A DNA stretch of 64,000 nucleotides from a plasmid: the sequence record NZ_CP104305.1; one strand, 5' to 3'. Position 1 is the stretch's first letter; each line of letters starts with the position of its first letter. Below, in pieces: positions 29,273 through 39,226 of this stretch. The notes under the pieces are model-generated. The model had not been told where the DNA came from, ran no database searches, and was given only the letters and a program-made list of their open reading frames with translations. The position numbers were made by a program, and so were the translations under genes.

Positions 29273-29489
29273 GATGATTGCCTCCTATCCGCCGTTCCTT
29301 AATTGGATGGTCTCGTCGATATTCCCATTCCTGCTCTGGCAACTCTGGCTTAATCTCCTCAGTCTCCCCTAGTCTTAAAGCCGTCATGTAATAACCATGA
29401 TCAACAAAAGTATAACGCACGCCTTTTTCCAAGTGTGGCAGAACCTGCCCTACACCATTAACAAAAGGGACTTTTGTTTGTTTAAGCAC
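29259..29489 (-). CDS. small hypothetical protein
   Basis: overlapping start/stop with neighbours (operon). Confidence 0.3.
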   Translation of the reverse strand: MLKQTKVPFVNGVGQVLPHLEKGVRYTFVDHGYYMTALRLGETEEIKPELPEQEWEYRRDHPIKERRIGGNHHAIL

Positions 29490-29700
29490 CCAAACTCACC
29501 GCTTTCACACTAGTTCCCAATACCCCACGCCGCACAACGATTCGCTGATCCGTCTTGCTTTCTGCTAAGATCTCAGTCCATTCACGCTGTCGTACCGGAT
29601 TGTGCTCATATAACCGTCGCGCCCGATCATACGTTGCGTAATCAACACTCGTCAGCTGATGTTGTTGCATAAACACAAGTAACTTGTCGATTGCTTTCAT
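29482..29700 (-). CDS. small hypothetical protein
   Basis: operon member. Confidence 0.3.
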   Translation of the reverse strand: MKAIDKLLVFMQQHQLTSVDYATYDRARRLYEHNPVRQREWTEILAESKTDQRIVVRRGVLGTSVKAVSLGA

Positions 29701-29707
29701 CTCTAGA

Positions 29708-29965
29708 TTACCTCATTTCAATTTCTGAATGAACCATGTCCTGGTGCCGTTTTCTTTTTAACCTGACGGTTTTACTTCGATTGAGCCAGGTCATTAGCAA
29801 GTGACGTTCCTGCAGACTCAAGTCACGCATGTGAGCGTGGCGATATTTAAAATAGTCTTCAACCGTCGTGATCTTGCCAAGTTTAGTCATGTTGACAAAC
29901 TCAGTCACAACTTCATATTGCTGTGACTTTTTTTGCTGTTTCATGGCACTGCTCCTTTGATTCAA
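29708..29965 (-). CDS. small basic hypothetical protein
   Basis: operon member. Confidence 0.3.
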   Translation of the reverse strand: MNQRSSAMKQQKKSQQYEVVTEFVNMTKLGKITTVEDYFKYRHAHMRDLSLQERHLLMTWLNRSKTVRLKRKRHQDMVHSEIEMR

Positions 29966-30470
29966 CTAACAATATGATGCCTACGCATGAAGCATAGGTG
30001 AGGTCTGACCTCATGGTTTCTTAAAAAGCTAATAAACGTTTTTATTGCGTGAAATTCTCGAGTTTTCTAGGCATGAAACTCGCTAAACCTCAGCGTCTAT
30101 GACGCTCGATTGACAGCTCTAGGCATATGCTGACGACCTTTCCAGCCATTCACTACCACCCAAGCAAGAAACTTGCTGACACTCACCGTCGAGTGATTCA
30201 CGGTCTGGTTCTAAGCCGCAGCGAAGAACGATCAAACGCATTATGTCTCGCCCGCTTTGATGGTGACACGGACTACTGGTGGCGGCACGGAATACCGAGG
30301 CGTTCCTCACCCGCTTGATTTCGCGGGCAACCATCTCCCCTTCACATACCGGCTGTGAGGAACACCGTCGAAAAAGGCCGGAGGGAGTTTAAGGCTATTC
30401 AGATTTCAAAGAGCTAAAGTTAGTTGTGCGTTCACACGCACGCATCATATTGTGAGTTGAGTTTGTGAGA

Positions 30471-30716
30471 TTAGGGCAGCTTGTATAAAGCCGCCTGTGG
30501 GTGCTTGCGCTTGGCAATCATCGTATGGTCACTGTTGTAAACACTGCGAATCTTGGGGTAAAGCTGTTCAATTGCCTCTAGCGAAGCATGATCCCGATCG
30601 TAAAAGGAACCATTCGCGTGATTGATGAGCACCCTCCGATCAAAAGTCCGAACGCAAAATGCCTGTCTTACAACTCCTGAACGTGCTAGAATAGCCATTG
30701 TAACCACTCCCTTCAT
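30471..30716 (-). CDS. hypothetical protein
   Basis: ORF only. Confidence 0.25.
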   Translation of the reverse strand: MKGVVTMAILARSGVVRQAFCVRTFDRRVLINHANGSFYDRDHASLEAIEQLYPKIRSVYNSDHTMIAKRKHPQAALYKLP

Positions 30717-31191
30717 AGGATCAGCAGCAACAAGAGAAACACAAAAATAAGGGGCGCGCTGCCTACTGGCAACGCGCCCCTCACTTCGTCTTGTTTGGCT
30801 GCTATTTTGACGTCTCTTACTTTCGCCTAAGACTTCTCTAAGAGAAGTTCCACAGCGGTCACAAGGTCTGTTAAAATAAACTTGCCGCGCTCAACGCGGT
30901 GAAGACGGCAGTTGCTAGGCTAGGTGTTGTCTAGTTCTAGTAACAGTCACAGTGCGCTTATCCTGGACTACCAATCCAGGTCAGTGCTGTGATGCTGTCT
31001 TATTTTTTTGTATTCCCCTTGCTACTGTTGATTCTGAATTCAAGATAACACTTGAATTTTTTGAATGCAAGCATTAGTGTGTAGAGGAACAAATTAAGTA
31101 AGGCAAACATGTGTTGAATTGAGCAGGTAGACAAACAAATGTTCGCCTATATTTATTATAGGACCTGGTTCCTTTTTAGACAAGAATTTTT

Positions 31192-31944
31192 CTAATTCTT
31201 GTCTTTCTTTTTGCTCTTCTCTAGGTTGGCTAACTCTTCACGAACCCTATGATGGCGGCGAATCACTTTACGAACTCGGTTATGTTTTTGTTGTGCAGAA
31301 TCAAATGGCCCCCGGTAATCTTTCTGTCGTTGTCGCTCAGTTCTTTGTCCTTGTTTGACTTGAACAGACGAGGCATATTGGCTTGTGAACTCAATCATAA
31401 ATTGATCTGGTACAACCCGGCCATCTTGTAATTGCCGCTGCTTTTGTTTGGTAACATAAAGCACCATCACATCATGTAGCTGGCCATCTTTGCCACGAAC
31501 ATGCGCAACTCGCCCTAATGGCCGATCCGGAATGACCAAATCATCAGGGACTAGCCAGTAGTATTTAGTCGGTCGAATGCGCTTTGGCGTCATGAAGTAA
31601 CCTGCCATCATAGTAACTTTTCCAAGTACCTTGACGTGACGATTACGATGCTGCGTAAAGGCTTTTAACTCCGTATCAGTCTCTGTTTTCTCCTGGATCA
31701 AGCGTTCTTTGACGGCGGCATAGCTGTGCTTTCTAGCTTCTTCCGCTCGTTGATTAGCAGTTTTTTGTGCCTCTGCCAGAATATCCTCTCGTTCATCAGG
31801 ATCACTCGTTTGAATCATGAGTAAATGCAGACCGGCACGTTCTGCCTCAGTTAGCTCTTTGAGGTTTTTGAGCGCTACCTCTTCCGGAAAGGCTTCACGT
31901 TTCCGTTGATTAAACTCTTTAGAATTCATCAGGGTCGCCTCCAT
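31192..31944 (-). CDS. replication-associated protein downstream of repA (RepB-like, charged/coiled-coil)
   Basis: start overlaps repA stop; typical partner position in RepA_N replicons. Confidence 0.4.
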   Translation of the reverse strand: MEATLMNSKEFNQRKREAFPEEVALKNLKELTEAERAGLHLLMIQTSDPDEREDILAEAQKTANQRAEEARKHSYAAVKERLIQEKTETDTELKAFTQHRNRHVKVLGKVTMMAGYFMTPKRIRPTKYYWLVPDDLVIPDRPLGRVAHVRGKDGQLHDVMVLYVTKQKQRQLQDGRVVPDQFMIEFTSQYASSVQVKQGQRTERQRQKDYRGPFDSAQQKHNRVRKVIRRHHRVREELANLEKSKKKDKN

Positions 31945-32968
31945 TAGCTGTCATGAGTGATTTGTTCCAGTATGCCACCAAGGTCTCTTTCATAGCACCA
32001 AACAAGTAATTTTCGACATTGTTAATTTTTTTACTGTCAGAACGTAAAACGTTAAAAAACCGGCGCATAGTCTTGTTGATCATTTCTTGGCACTGCGGAT
32101 CATCTAGAACAATCGTTGTTCCTTGATGTTCCCTTTCTACAGCCTTTTTGGCATTTAGGATAATACCCAGGAACCGATGCATCTGTTTTGGAGAATTGCA
32201 CCATAGCCCAAGAAGTTCTATCCCTTCTCTGTTGAGAAAGAGGCCACCTGTTGCTGTTTCAGGCAAATAATCTTTGGCGTTTTGGACAAGGTCTTGATTT
32301 TGTTTTCGCAGAAGTTCAGGCGAATATTGGTTCGTGGAAAAATCCAGTTTCTCTGTCTCTTTATTGTCTCTAGTATTTATCTCTAAGTCTTTATATAGAT
32401 TGTGTGTAGATTTTACACTTCCGTGTTTATCAAGGGATTTGGCGGTGTTTTGAATCTTTTTATCAGGAAGTGTAAATTTTACACTTCCGCGTGTAGCAAG
32501 GGATTGAACAGTATTTCGCGGTGGTGTAGATTTTACACTTCCGCGTGTATCAAGGGATTTACTTGTTTTTGGAAGTAAATATGCGTCTGTCGCATCAATT
32601 TGTAAATTTGCAAGATATAGCCTATTAGGTTCGTTTCTCCCAGTTTTTGGATTAAACCCTCTTTTTTGTTGATAAAGTAAATTAGCCTCTTCAAGCTCAT
32701 TTTTGGTATGAACAACTGTTTTGTTGCTAACGTTCAACAATTTTTGCAACTCTTTGTTTGTAAAAATAAAAAAGACGTTACCGTTCTCATCAACCCAATT
32801 GTTCTTTAGGGAAGCCTCTAAGCGATCTTTCAATACCATGTAGGCCGCTTTAGCTTGCAAACTCAAACTTGTGTATTGTTTTCCGTAGAACAAAACTTTT
32901 GGAAATTGAAAATATAGATTCCCGTAAACAGAATTCGCTTGATAAAAATTAAAATTGTCTGGCATCAT
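31919..32968 (-). CDS. repA: RepA_N-family plasmid replication initiator
   Basis: N-terminal YFQFPKVLFYGKQYTSLSLQAKAAYMVLKDRL...NNWVDENGNVFFIFTNKELQKLL matches RepA_N domain; repeat-bearing central region. Confidence 0.85.
   Translation of the reverse strand: MMPDNFNFYQANSVYGNLYFQFPKVLFYGKQYTSLSLQAKAAYMVLKDRLEASLKNNWVDENGNVFFIFTNKELQKLLNVSNKTVVHTKNELEEANLLYQQKRGFNPKTGRNEPNRLYLANLQIDATDAYLLPKTSKSLDTRGSVKSTPPRNTVQSLATRGSVKFTLPDKKIQNTAKSLDKHGSVKSTHNLYKDLEINTRDNKETEKLDFSTNQYSPELLRKQNQDLVQNAKDYLPETATGGLFLNREGIELLGLWCNSPKQMHRFLGIILNAKKAVEREHQGTTIVLDDPQCQEMINKTMRRFFNVLRSDSKKINNVENYLFGAMKETLVAYWNKSLMTANGGDPDEF
32410..32559. repeat. three direct repeats (29-bp core TTTTACACTTCCGYGTKTAKCAAGGGATT, period 55-66 bp) inside repA, candidate origin iterons
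   Basis: cores at 32410, 32476, 32531; encode degenerate (T/K)RGSVKST peptide repeats. Confidence 0.6.
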
Positions 32969-33082
32969 ATGTTGACCTCCGATTTTGTGAATGAATGCAG
33001 TAAATGATAATGTGCCGGAGTCAGTGCGTAGCTTTTATATATAAATATAGTGCAACACAGCCTGGCCCAATAGTCAAATAAA

Positions 33083-33195
33083 CTTTTACGTTTAACGTTA
33101 AAGGTTTAAATTTAAAAGATTTAAATTTAAACACAAAACTTTAAACGTAAAAAATTAAACGTTAAACATTTGCGTTTAACGTTTAACGTGTTAAA
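33083..33195. promoter_or_regulatory. AT-rich array of TTAAACG/ACGTTTAA heptamer repeats upstream of parA (candidate centromere/par operator, divergent repA promoter region)
   Basis: at least 8 copies in both orientations within 115 bp. Confidence 0.45.
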
Positions 33196-33206
33196 ATATA
33201 TACGAG

Positions 33207-34004
33207 GTGATTTCAATGGCAAAGAAAATTTTGATGTATAGCATGAAAGGCGGGATTGGAAAAACAACGATCCAAAGCATGAACGCCTGGAATCTGGCAA
33301 AAGATGGTCACAACGTATTAGCAGTTGATCTTGATCCGCAAGCGAACTTAACTAATATTCTATTTAATACTTTTGGTCATAAAGAACCTCAAAGGGGGTT
33401 ATTCGATTCGTTTGTATCTGGAGATTTGACAACCGCACGGGTTCATTTGAGTGAAAATCTTGATTTGCTAGTATCTGACTGGTCAATGAGCTTATTTGTT
33501 AGTAAGTTCGAATCCATTGATACAAAAACGCGAAATTTGATTCTGCGAGAATTACTAAAACCTTTTGAAAATCAGTATGAATATATTCTGCTTGATGTTC
33601 CGCCAACAATTAGCACACTTACGAACAATGCCGTTTTGGCGAGTGACTTTGTTGCAATTGTCTTGCAAACGCAGCAAGCAAGTTTCGACGGAGCTTTAAA
33701 GACAGTAACTTACTTAAACCAATTACGTAATGATTATAGTGCTGACTTTTCAATGATTGGTGTTGTTGTCTATCTTTTGAAACGTAGTAGTGTTACAGAA
33801 AATGATATTGTGAAGACGGCTAAGGAAACGTTTGGAGATTTGCTTTTCACCAACCAGGTTTTAAATCGAGAAAGAGTTAAAAGATGGGCAATGAATGGAA
33901 TAACTGATAACGCAAAAGATGTCAATGACCGGAATGTTCATTCTATGTTCAGCTTTGTAACGGCAGAGACTCTACGACGTATTTCAGAAATGGAGAAGGA
34001 GTAA
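33207..34004 (+). CDS. parA: ParA/Soj-family partition ATPase
   Basis: deviant Walker A MKGGIGKTT; 265 aa. Confidence 0.85.
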   Translation: MISMAKKILMYSMKGGIGKTTIQSMNAWNLAKDGHNVLAVDLDPQANLTNILFNTFGHKEPQRGLFDSFVSGDLTTARVHLSENLDLLVSDWSMSLFVSKFESIDTKTRNLILRELLKPFENQYEYILLDVPPTISTLTNNAVLASDFVAIVLQTQQASFDGALKTVTYLNQLRNDYSADFSMIGVVVYLLKRSSVTENDIVKTAKETFGDLLFTNQVLNRERVKRWAMNGITDNAKDVNDRNVHSMFSFVTAETLRRISEMEKE

Positions 34005-34008
34005 GTAG

Positions 34009-34242
34009 ATGGCTAATAATTATGATGATCAACTTGCAGCTTTAGCAAAAAAAGTTGAGAGTAAAGTTCAGGGCAGCAATATCAGTCCCTATTCTCTTCA
34101 TAAAGAACAAACAAAGTCTGTACAAGTTCGGTTAACTCAATGGAAAAAGCTAAAAATGATGAGTGTTGAAAAAGAAATTAAGCTCGTTGATTTGGTGGGT
34201 CAAATGATTGACTTTGCGATGCAATCAGAAAAATTCAAGTAG
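34009..34242 (+). CDS. small partition DNA-binding protein (ParG/ParB-like)
   Basis: 77 aa immediately after parA. Confidence 0.45.
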   Translation: MANNYDDQLAALAKKVESKVQGSNISPYSLHKEQTKSVQVRLTQWKKLKMMSVEKEIKLVDLVGQMIDFAMQSEKFK

Positions 34243-34595
34243 TGTTTGTTGGCATTGCTCCATGTCCATGAATTAGATCATTTTGAATGTATTTGTCAGG
34301 ACAAATTAAGTATCTTGTATCTCGATATTCAATACTTAGGTTAGAATGTTTCTTTAAAGAAGCAAGATAATGCTCATACACGCCTTTATCATGTTTGAGA
34401 CAAGCAATCTCATAGCTTTTGCTCAATCTTGCTTTGAACCGCTGCATGTAGATGAAGAATGAGTAGCAGTCTTCAAAGTGGTTATCGACCACCACAAGCC
34501 AATAACGAGTGTGAGGCGCACGGGTGAAGTAATGATCGTACTGTGACAGCATCGATTTAATGCCAAGCCTTAGTTCGGTTTCCTTATCCATGATG
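34235..34595 (-). CDS. hypothetical protein downstream of umuC
   Basis: ORF; upstream in-frame extension overlaps umuC 3' end so start placed at MDKETEL. Confidence 0.3.
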
Positions 34596-35891
34596 CCCAC
34601 CAACCAATCCGGCGCGATCAATTGCGGTCGCGCCTTTTTCTTTGGAGTAGCCCCGCACAATTGCTTTGTAGCCATATAGTTGACGAATCTTGTCAATTGT
34701 TTGATCTAACAAAACGTTTGCTTCCTCCTTCTCTGCTGATTCAAATAGACTAAGCTGCATCGAGCTTGCTTGACTGATGCGATTAACACGAACTGAAACA
34801 TTTCTGACGGCATGGCCGTTCCACTTACTATGGAAGAGATAGCGAGTGGCGCGAATCAAATCGTCAGTGCGGTTTGTGGGATCAATCTTCATTTGCGCAC
34901 CGAAACCGGAGGTGCCTGCTTCTTCTGCATCAGCATAACCAATCCCAACGCTAACCACTTCACCTTGTACTTGATGGTGACGAAGTCGGCCAGCAACCTG
35001 ATCAGCAATCTCGCTAAGTACGACTTCAATCTCCCTTGCCTGCGTGTAATCACGCATGAGTACCTGACTATTGCCATAGCCTTTGTTCTCGGCTCGTGGC
35101 AAATAGCGACGAGTCAAATCCGAGTAATCAATACCCCACGAATGGAAATACAAGGCATCGCCGAGAACGCCGAAGCGTTGATGTAATAAAAGCCGATCGG
35201 TGTGTGCAAGATCATAGAGGCTGTGAATGCCTATTGCATTAAGCTTTTTTGCGGTACGGCTGCCGATTGACCAGAAATCGGCTAAGTCATGTAGTTGCCA
35301 TATGGTTTCGGGTATCCGGTCGTAAGTCCAAGTGGCTTGCCACGGAGCGGTCTTCTTGGCTTCGTTATCGAGAGCCAGCTTTGCCAGTAGAGGATTCTGA
35401 CCAATGCCAACGGTTGTGATGATGCCAAACTGATCAAACACCTTCTTCTGTATTTGGGTAGCAATTTCTTGATTGGTACCGAAGAGATTGTGTGAGTGGG
35501 TGACGTCAATAAAGGATTCATCAATGGAATAGGGGTACCAATGAGCATCGTCAGTAAACTGGCGATAAATACGATTAATCCCGTAATTCTTGCGAATGTA
35601 ATCCGCCATCCGTGGTTCGGCCAGTTCAATCTTCATGTCGTCCCGCAATTGAAAGCGGCGCGTGCTCAAGCCAACATGGTAACGTTTCTTGCAGTTGGGA
35701 CTCGCAGCTAACACCAGGCCGCCAGGAGAATCGCCTTTGCTAAGCACGGCAATATCAGCTGCCAACGGGTGAATGCCGCGTCGAATGGCCTCAACGGAGG
35801 CGTAAAAGGACTTGCAGTCAATACACATGATGTCGTGTACCGGTAGTCTCGTTGGATCATCTAGTGGCGTGGTCATGCTAACGCCCACCAC
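34584..35891 (-). CDS. umuC: Y-family DNA polymerase (UmuC/ImpB/UvrX-like)
   Basis: N-terminal CIDCKSFYASVEA catalytic motif, ~430 aa. Confidence 0.85.
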   Translation of the reverse strand: MVGVSMTTPLDDPTRLPVHDIMCIDCKSFYASVEAIRRGIHPLAADIAVLSKGDSPGGLVLAASPNCKKRYHVGLSTRRFQLRDDMKIELAEPRMADYIRKNYGINRIYRQFTDDAHWYPYSIDESFIDVTHSHNLFGTNQEIATQIQKKVFDQFGIITTVGIGQNPLLAKLALDNEAKKTAPWQATWTYDRIPETIWQLHDLADFWSIGSRTAKKLNAIGIHSLYDLAHTDRLLLHQRFGVLGDALYFHSWGIDYSDLTRRYLPRAENKGYGNSQVLMRDYTQAREIEVVLSEIADQVAGRLRHHQVQGEVVSVGIGYADAEEAGTSGFGAQMKIDPTNRTDDLIRATRYLFHSKWNGHAVRNVSVRVNRISQASSMQLSLFESAEKEEANVLLDQTIDKIRQLYGYKAIVRGYSKEKGATAIDRAGLVGGHHG

Positions 35892-36256
35892 CGATCAGGA
35901 TTGAGCAAAGCTACGTTACGAATATCAGCTGCATTGACTGATTGGGTGTCGCCGTTCTTGAGTTGTAAATAAACCTGATCGTCCCAATGACCAATAACGG
36001 CGCCCTCAATATCTGGTAGCAACCGATCATCGTAGGGTGTGCCAATTTGAACGGCTACAATTTTTGCATTTTGCCAGGCATCTTCAAGGATGTCGCTAAT
36101 GGTTTCTTGAGACTGTTCTGGCTTTGGTTCGACAGGACGTTCAGAAATGGAGGCTTTCTCCATATAGGCAGAATGATCACTGAGAATCCAACCGAGCCAT
36201 TTCTTCATGCAACGGTCAGGATAAAGCCACTTTTCTCGTGGCACGTTATTTTCCAT
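35873..36256 (-). CDS. YolD-like accessory protein (UmuD' analogue) overlapping umuC start
   Basis: ~127 aa ORF whose 3' end overlaps the umuC-like start, as in Bacillus yolD-uvrX / yqjX-yqjW pairs. Confidence 0.4.
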   Translation of the reverse strand: MENNVPREKWLYPDRCMKKWLGWILSDHSAYMEKASISERPVEPKPEQSQETISDILEDAWQNAKIVAVQIGTPYDDRLLPDIEGAVIGHWDDQVYLQLKNGDTQSVNAADIRNVALLNPDRWWALA

Positions 36257-36293
36257 AATATTAGCCTTCCTTGTTAGTTTTATAGCCATTATA

Positions 36294-36329
36294 CAAACGC
36301 ACGTTCTTAATAGCAAACATACGTTTGCA
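36294..36329. promoter_or_regulatory. two imperfect Cheo-like (GAAC-N4-GTTC) boxes upstream of yolD-umuC
   Basis: AAACGCACGTTC and CAAACATACGTTTG. Confidence 0.25.
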
Positions 36330-36449
36330 TAAAAACACAGGACGTTTTATACTGAAATTGAAAGACAACAGTAAAAAAGACATGTAGGATGACATGTCTT
36401 TTGCTGAAACCATGCTATTAATTGAATCTCATCTTGAGGAGGAAGCAGA

Positions 36450-36764
36450 ATGGATCGCGAAGAATTTGAAACCTATTTGAATGCTAATAGTCGTGTGGTA
36501 GCTGTTTTCCGTAGCCAAGCGCTAGCGTATCAACACAGTAAAAATCGTCAGCGTGCGGCATCAAAGCGTTGGAGTGAAACAGCCGTAGCAAGTGCTGTCG
36601 ATAAGATGGTCAGTCAGTTTATTGACAACGTGTATGATAAGCTAAAAGCTAATATTAAAGAGAACAAGTTTCAGCCTTATGAAAGCTGGGTTGACTTTAT
36701 TGAGACTAACGAGGTGCTCGATAACTTGGAAGACACGGTTGCTGAAATAGAGTTTGAAGAGTGA
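36450..36764 (+). CDS. hypothetical protein
   Basis: RBS gaggagga; no motif. Confidence 0.35.
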   Translation: MDREEFETYLNANSRVVAVFRSQALAYQHSKNRQRAASKRWSETAVASAVDKMVSQFIDNVYDKLKANIKENKFQPYESWVDFIETNEVLDNLEDTVAEIEFEE

Positions 36765-36785
36765 TACTAAATGATGCTGAAAGAG

Positions 36786-37143
36786 GCATAGATTACAATT
36801 ATGAAGGTACTACATAAAAGGTGGCTTGCTCACTGCGTGCCTCAATTGAGACTCCTACGGAATCGTTATAGCGTGACCGTAGGTCTGCTATAATGGTACG
36901 GTAATTACCTTCGGGGCAACGGTGAAGTTCATATCTAATAGAAATATGGGAGCGGTCTGAGGTCGCGGTGATGTGTTGAATCGTGTGGTGTGGCATAAGC
37001 TCTGTCTGAGCTCAACTAACGTTATAATAGCCATGAGGTCTTTCCTTCTTTCTAGATGGCATGTTGTTTAAACACCATTTTAGCAAGAGGGAGTTGGCCG
37101 TTCTTCACATTCCGTGGATGGTAACTTTAATTATGCAATCTAG
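36786..37143 (-). mobile_element. internally deleted IS30-family derivative retaining both terminal inverted repeats
   Basis: ends ~75% identical to both ends of IS30 copies at 57201/61057; residual ORF MPHHTIQHITATSDRSHISIRYELHRCPEGNY equals N-terminus of IS30 transposase with internal deletions. Confidence 0.6.
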
Positions 37144-37209
37144 AATTAATCTTTAACCCTAAATAATTTGAATTGAATAACAATTGATATCCAAAATGAG
37201 GTAAAAATC

Positions 37210-39213
37210 ATGGATAATACAAATATATTTGAAAAAGTTGATACATCAATTAAAGAAAATCCTAATTATAAAAAAATGATAGCGTCTTTAAAATGCTATC
37301 TGTCAGGCAAAAGTATCTCGTCATTTATCATTGATAGACCACTTTCTGGTGCACAAAAAGATTATCAGTACGAGTATAAGACGGGATTTATGATTCTTGT
37401 TCCGGGACTTAAACTTCTCTTTTCAACAATCGAAGAAATTGATACAGAAGAATTTAAGAATTTCAGGCTTGACTTTTTAGACGATATAAATTCATTGTCT
37501 GACAAATATAAACATAAAGAAATATTGGGAAGAACCAGATCCTGGCAAGCACTAACCGATAAGATTGATATATCGAAGCTAACTAGCAAAGCAGATCCTT
37601 GGCAAAAGTATTCCCTAAATAATACTAACAAACGAAAAGCAGAGCTATTAATCACACTACTCACTGGCTCAGTTAATGACCCGCATAATATAAAAGTTGA
37701 AGCACCCAGAGACCTTCTAGACGCTATTAAACATCGTATAACGTTGTTTGATGCTGATCAAACACGTTTCATATACAATGATTTGAGTAAAAAGGTCTTA
37801 TCAATACAAGGGCTCGCAGGAACAGGTAAAACAGAACTATTGCTACATAAGCTATATGATATTTACGCACATCAAGACACGGCGAACACTCGAGTTGTTT
37901 TTACATGCTTTAATAAGATTTTGGCTAATGAAATGAAGAATAGAATACCTGCATTTTTTGACTTTATGAAAGTTGATGAGCAGATTCAATGGGGTAAGCG
38001 TTTGTGGGTTATGCGAAGTTGGGGATCTTTGGCAAATCCTGAAGAAGGAATATATAGTCATATTTGCTATAAATATAATCTTCCATTTAAACGCTATTCG
38101 AATGGAATTAAATTCGATGAATTGTGTACAGAAGCAATATCGATGTTAGAAAAAATTCCAAATCTAGAGCCATGCTTTGATTACACACTGATTGACGAGG
38201 GGCAAGACTTTGATGATTCATTTTTTAGGCTATGCTCGTTAGTTACTAGTAAGCAAGTAATTATTGCAAGTGATATCTTTCAAAATATCTTCGACAAGAG
38301 ATCCTCGCAAACAAGCAATCCGGATTTTACACTTAACAAAGTATATCGAACCGATCCCAAGACTTTTATGTTTGCACAACTCTTTGGATTCGGTGTTGAA
38401 GAACCAGTAGGAGTAAACTGGCTAGAGGATAACACTTGGCGAACGTGCGGTTATTCTTTTGATGTAAAGGGTACAGAGTATACCTTTACAAGAGAGCCGT
38501 TGACACGTTTTGAAGATATTGGAAACTGTAATGAAACGCCGTTGATTCTTAGAGGGGCAGACGACAAAAAGTCTACAATAGAACATGTTGTATCAATTAT
38601 TCAAGAAATTATTGATCAAAATCCAAGAGTTGAACCAGATGATATTGGAATAGTGTTTCTATCCGGAAGTAAACAAGACTATGAACAAATAAACAGGTTA
38701 GCGATTGAAATTAACAAAAAATACGATTGGTTATGTCAAAAAGGATATGAAACAAAATCAAGAGAGTCAAACAGACTTTTTATAAGCAATAGGAATAATG
38801 TAAAAGGGTTGGAATTTCCATTTGTTATTTGCGTTATTAATGAAAAAATAGAACAGGACTATATAGCTAGAGATTCAATTTATATGGCATTAACACGCTC
38901 TTTCATAACGTCATATCTTGTCTACTCACCAGATAATCAACAGCTAATGAGTCAATATGATAATCTTTATAACCAGATTATAAAAACAGGAAAGGCCACC
39001 GTTTCAAAGCCAAAAATAACTATAAGTGAAACCGATATATCAAATCAAACAAATAAAACACAACAACAGGTAGCAGATTCTGTTTTTAAGGATCTTCATA
39101 TAACAGATAGCGCTAAAAAGGGACGACTGAGTAAGGTAATATCAGTACTAGCAGGCAAAAGCACTGATTACGCTGCGATTAGGTCAATAGTCGAAAAAAA
39201 TAAAGATTTTTAA
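37210..39213 (+). CDS. nuclease-helicase-like protein: PD-(D/E)xK/NERD-like N-domain plus SF1 (UvrD-like) ATPase
   Basis: very low GC; IIDRPL...YEYKTG (D...ExK); Walker A GLAGTGKTE; Walker B LIDEGQDF; C-terminal VKGLEFPFVICV (helicase motif VI-like). Confidence 0.5.
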   Translation: MDNTNIFEKVDTSIKENPNYKKMIASLKCYLSGKSISSFIIDRPLSGAQKDYQYEYKTGFMILVPGLKLLFSTIEEIDTEEFKNFRLDFLDDINSLSDKYKHKEILGRTRSWQALTDKIDISKLTSKADPWQKYSLNNTNKRKAELLITLLTGSVNDPHNIKVEAPRDLLDAIKHRITLFDADQTRFIYNDLSKKVLSIQGLAGTGKTELLLHKLYDIYAHQDTANTRVVFTCFNKILANEMKNRIPAFFDFMKVDEQIQWGKRLWVMRSWGSLANPEEGIYSHICYKYNLPFKRYSNGIKFDELCTEAISMLEKIPNLEPCFDYTLIDEGQDFDDSFFRLCSLVTSKQVIIASDIFQNIFDKRSSQTSNPDFTLNKVYRTDPKTFMFAQLFGFGVEEPVGVNWLEDNTWRTCGYSFDVKGTEYTFTREPLTRFEDIGNCNETPLILRGADDKKSTIEHVVSIIQEIIDQNPRVEPDDIGIVFLSGSKQDYEQINRLAIEINKKYDWLCQKGYETKSRESNRLFISNRNNVKGLEFPFVICVINEKIEQDYIARDSIYMALTRSFITSYLVYSPDNQQLMSQYDNLYNQIIKTGKATVSKPKITISETDISNQTNKTQQQVADSVFKDLHITDSAKKGRLSKVISVLAGKSTDYAAIRSIVEKNKDF

Positions 39214-39226
39214 AAAAGGAAACAAA

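Noticed and set aside
30720-31190. 470-bp untranslated stretch below the repB-like gene with several hairpins; considered as a copy-control antisense RNA or sso
   Set aside because: Apart from one good terminator (ggggcgcgc...gcgcgcccc plus T-run on the minus strand, ~30755-30790) I could not define a convincing promoter or conserved structure by eye. Left as unexplained.
32410-32559. Considered whether the regularly spaced repeats could be a small CRISPR array
   Set aside because: Only three repeats, with irregular 55-66 bp period. They lie in-frame inside repA and encode peptide repeats. No cas genes. Iterons are the better explanation.
34596-34696. N-terminal extension of ORF 34235-34696 overlapping the 3' end of umuC by 113 bp
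   Set aside because: A long overlap is unlikely. An internal ATG at 34595 with a plausible context gives a 4-bp overlap instead.
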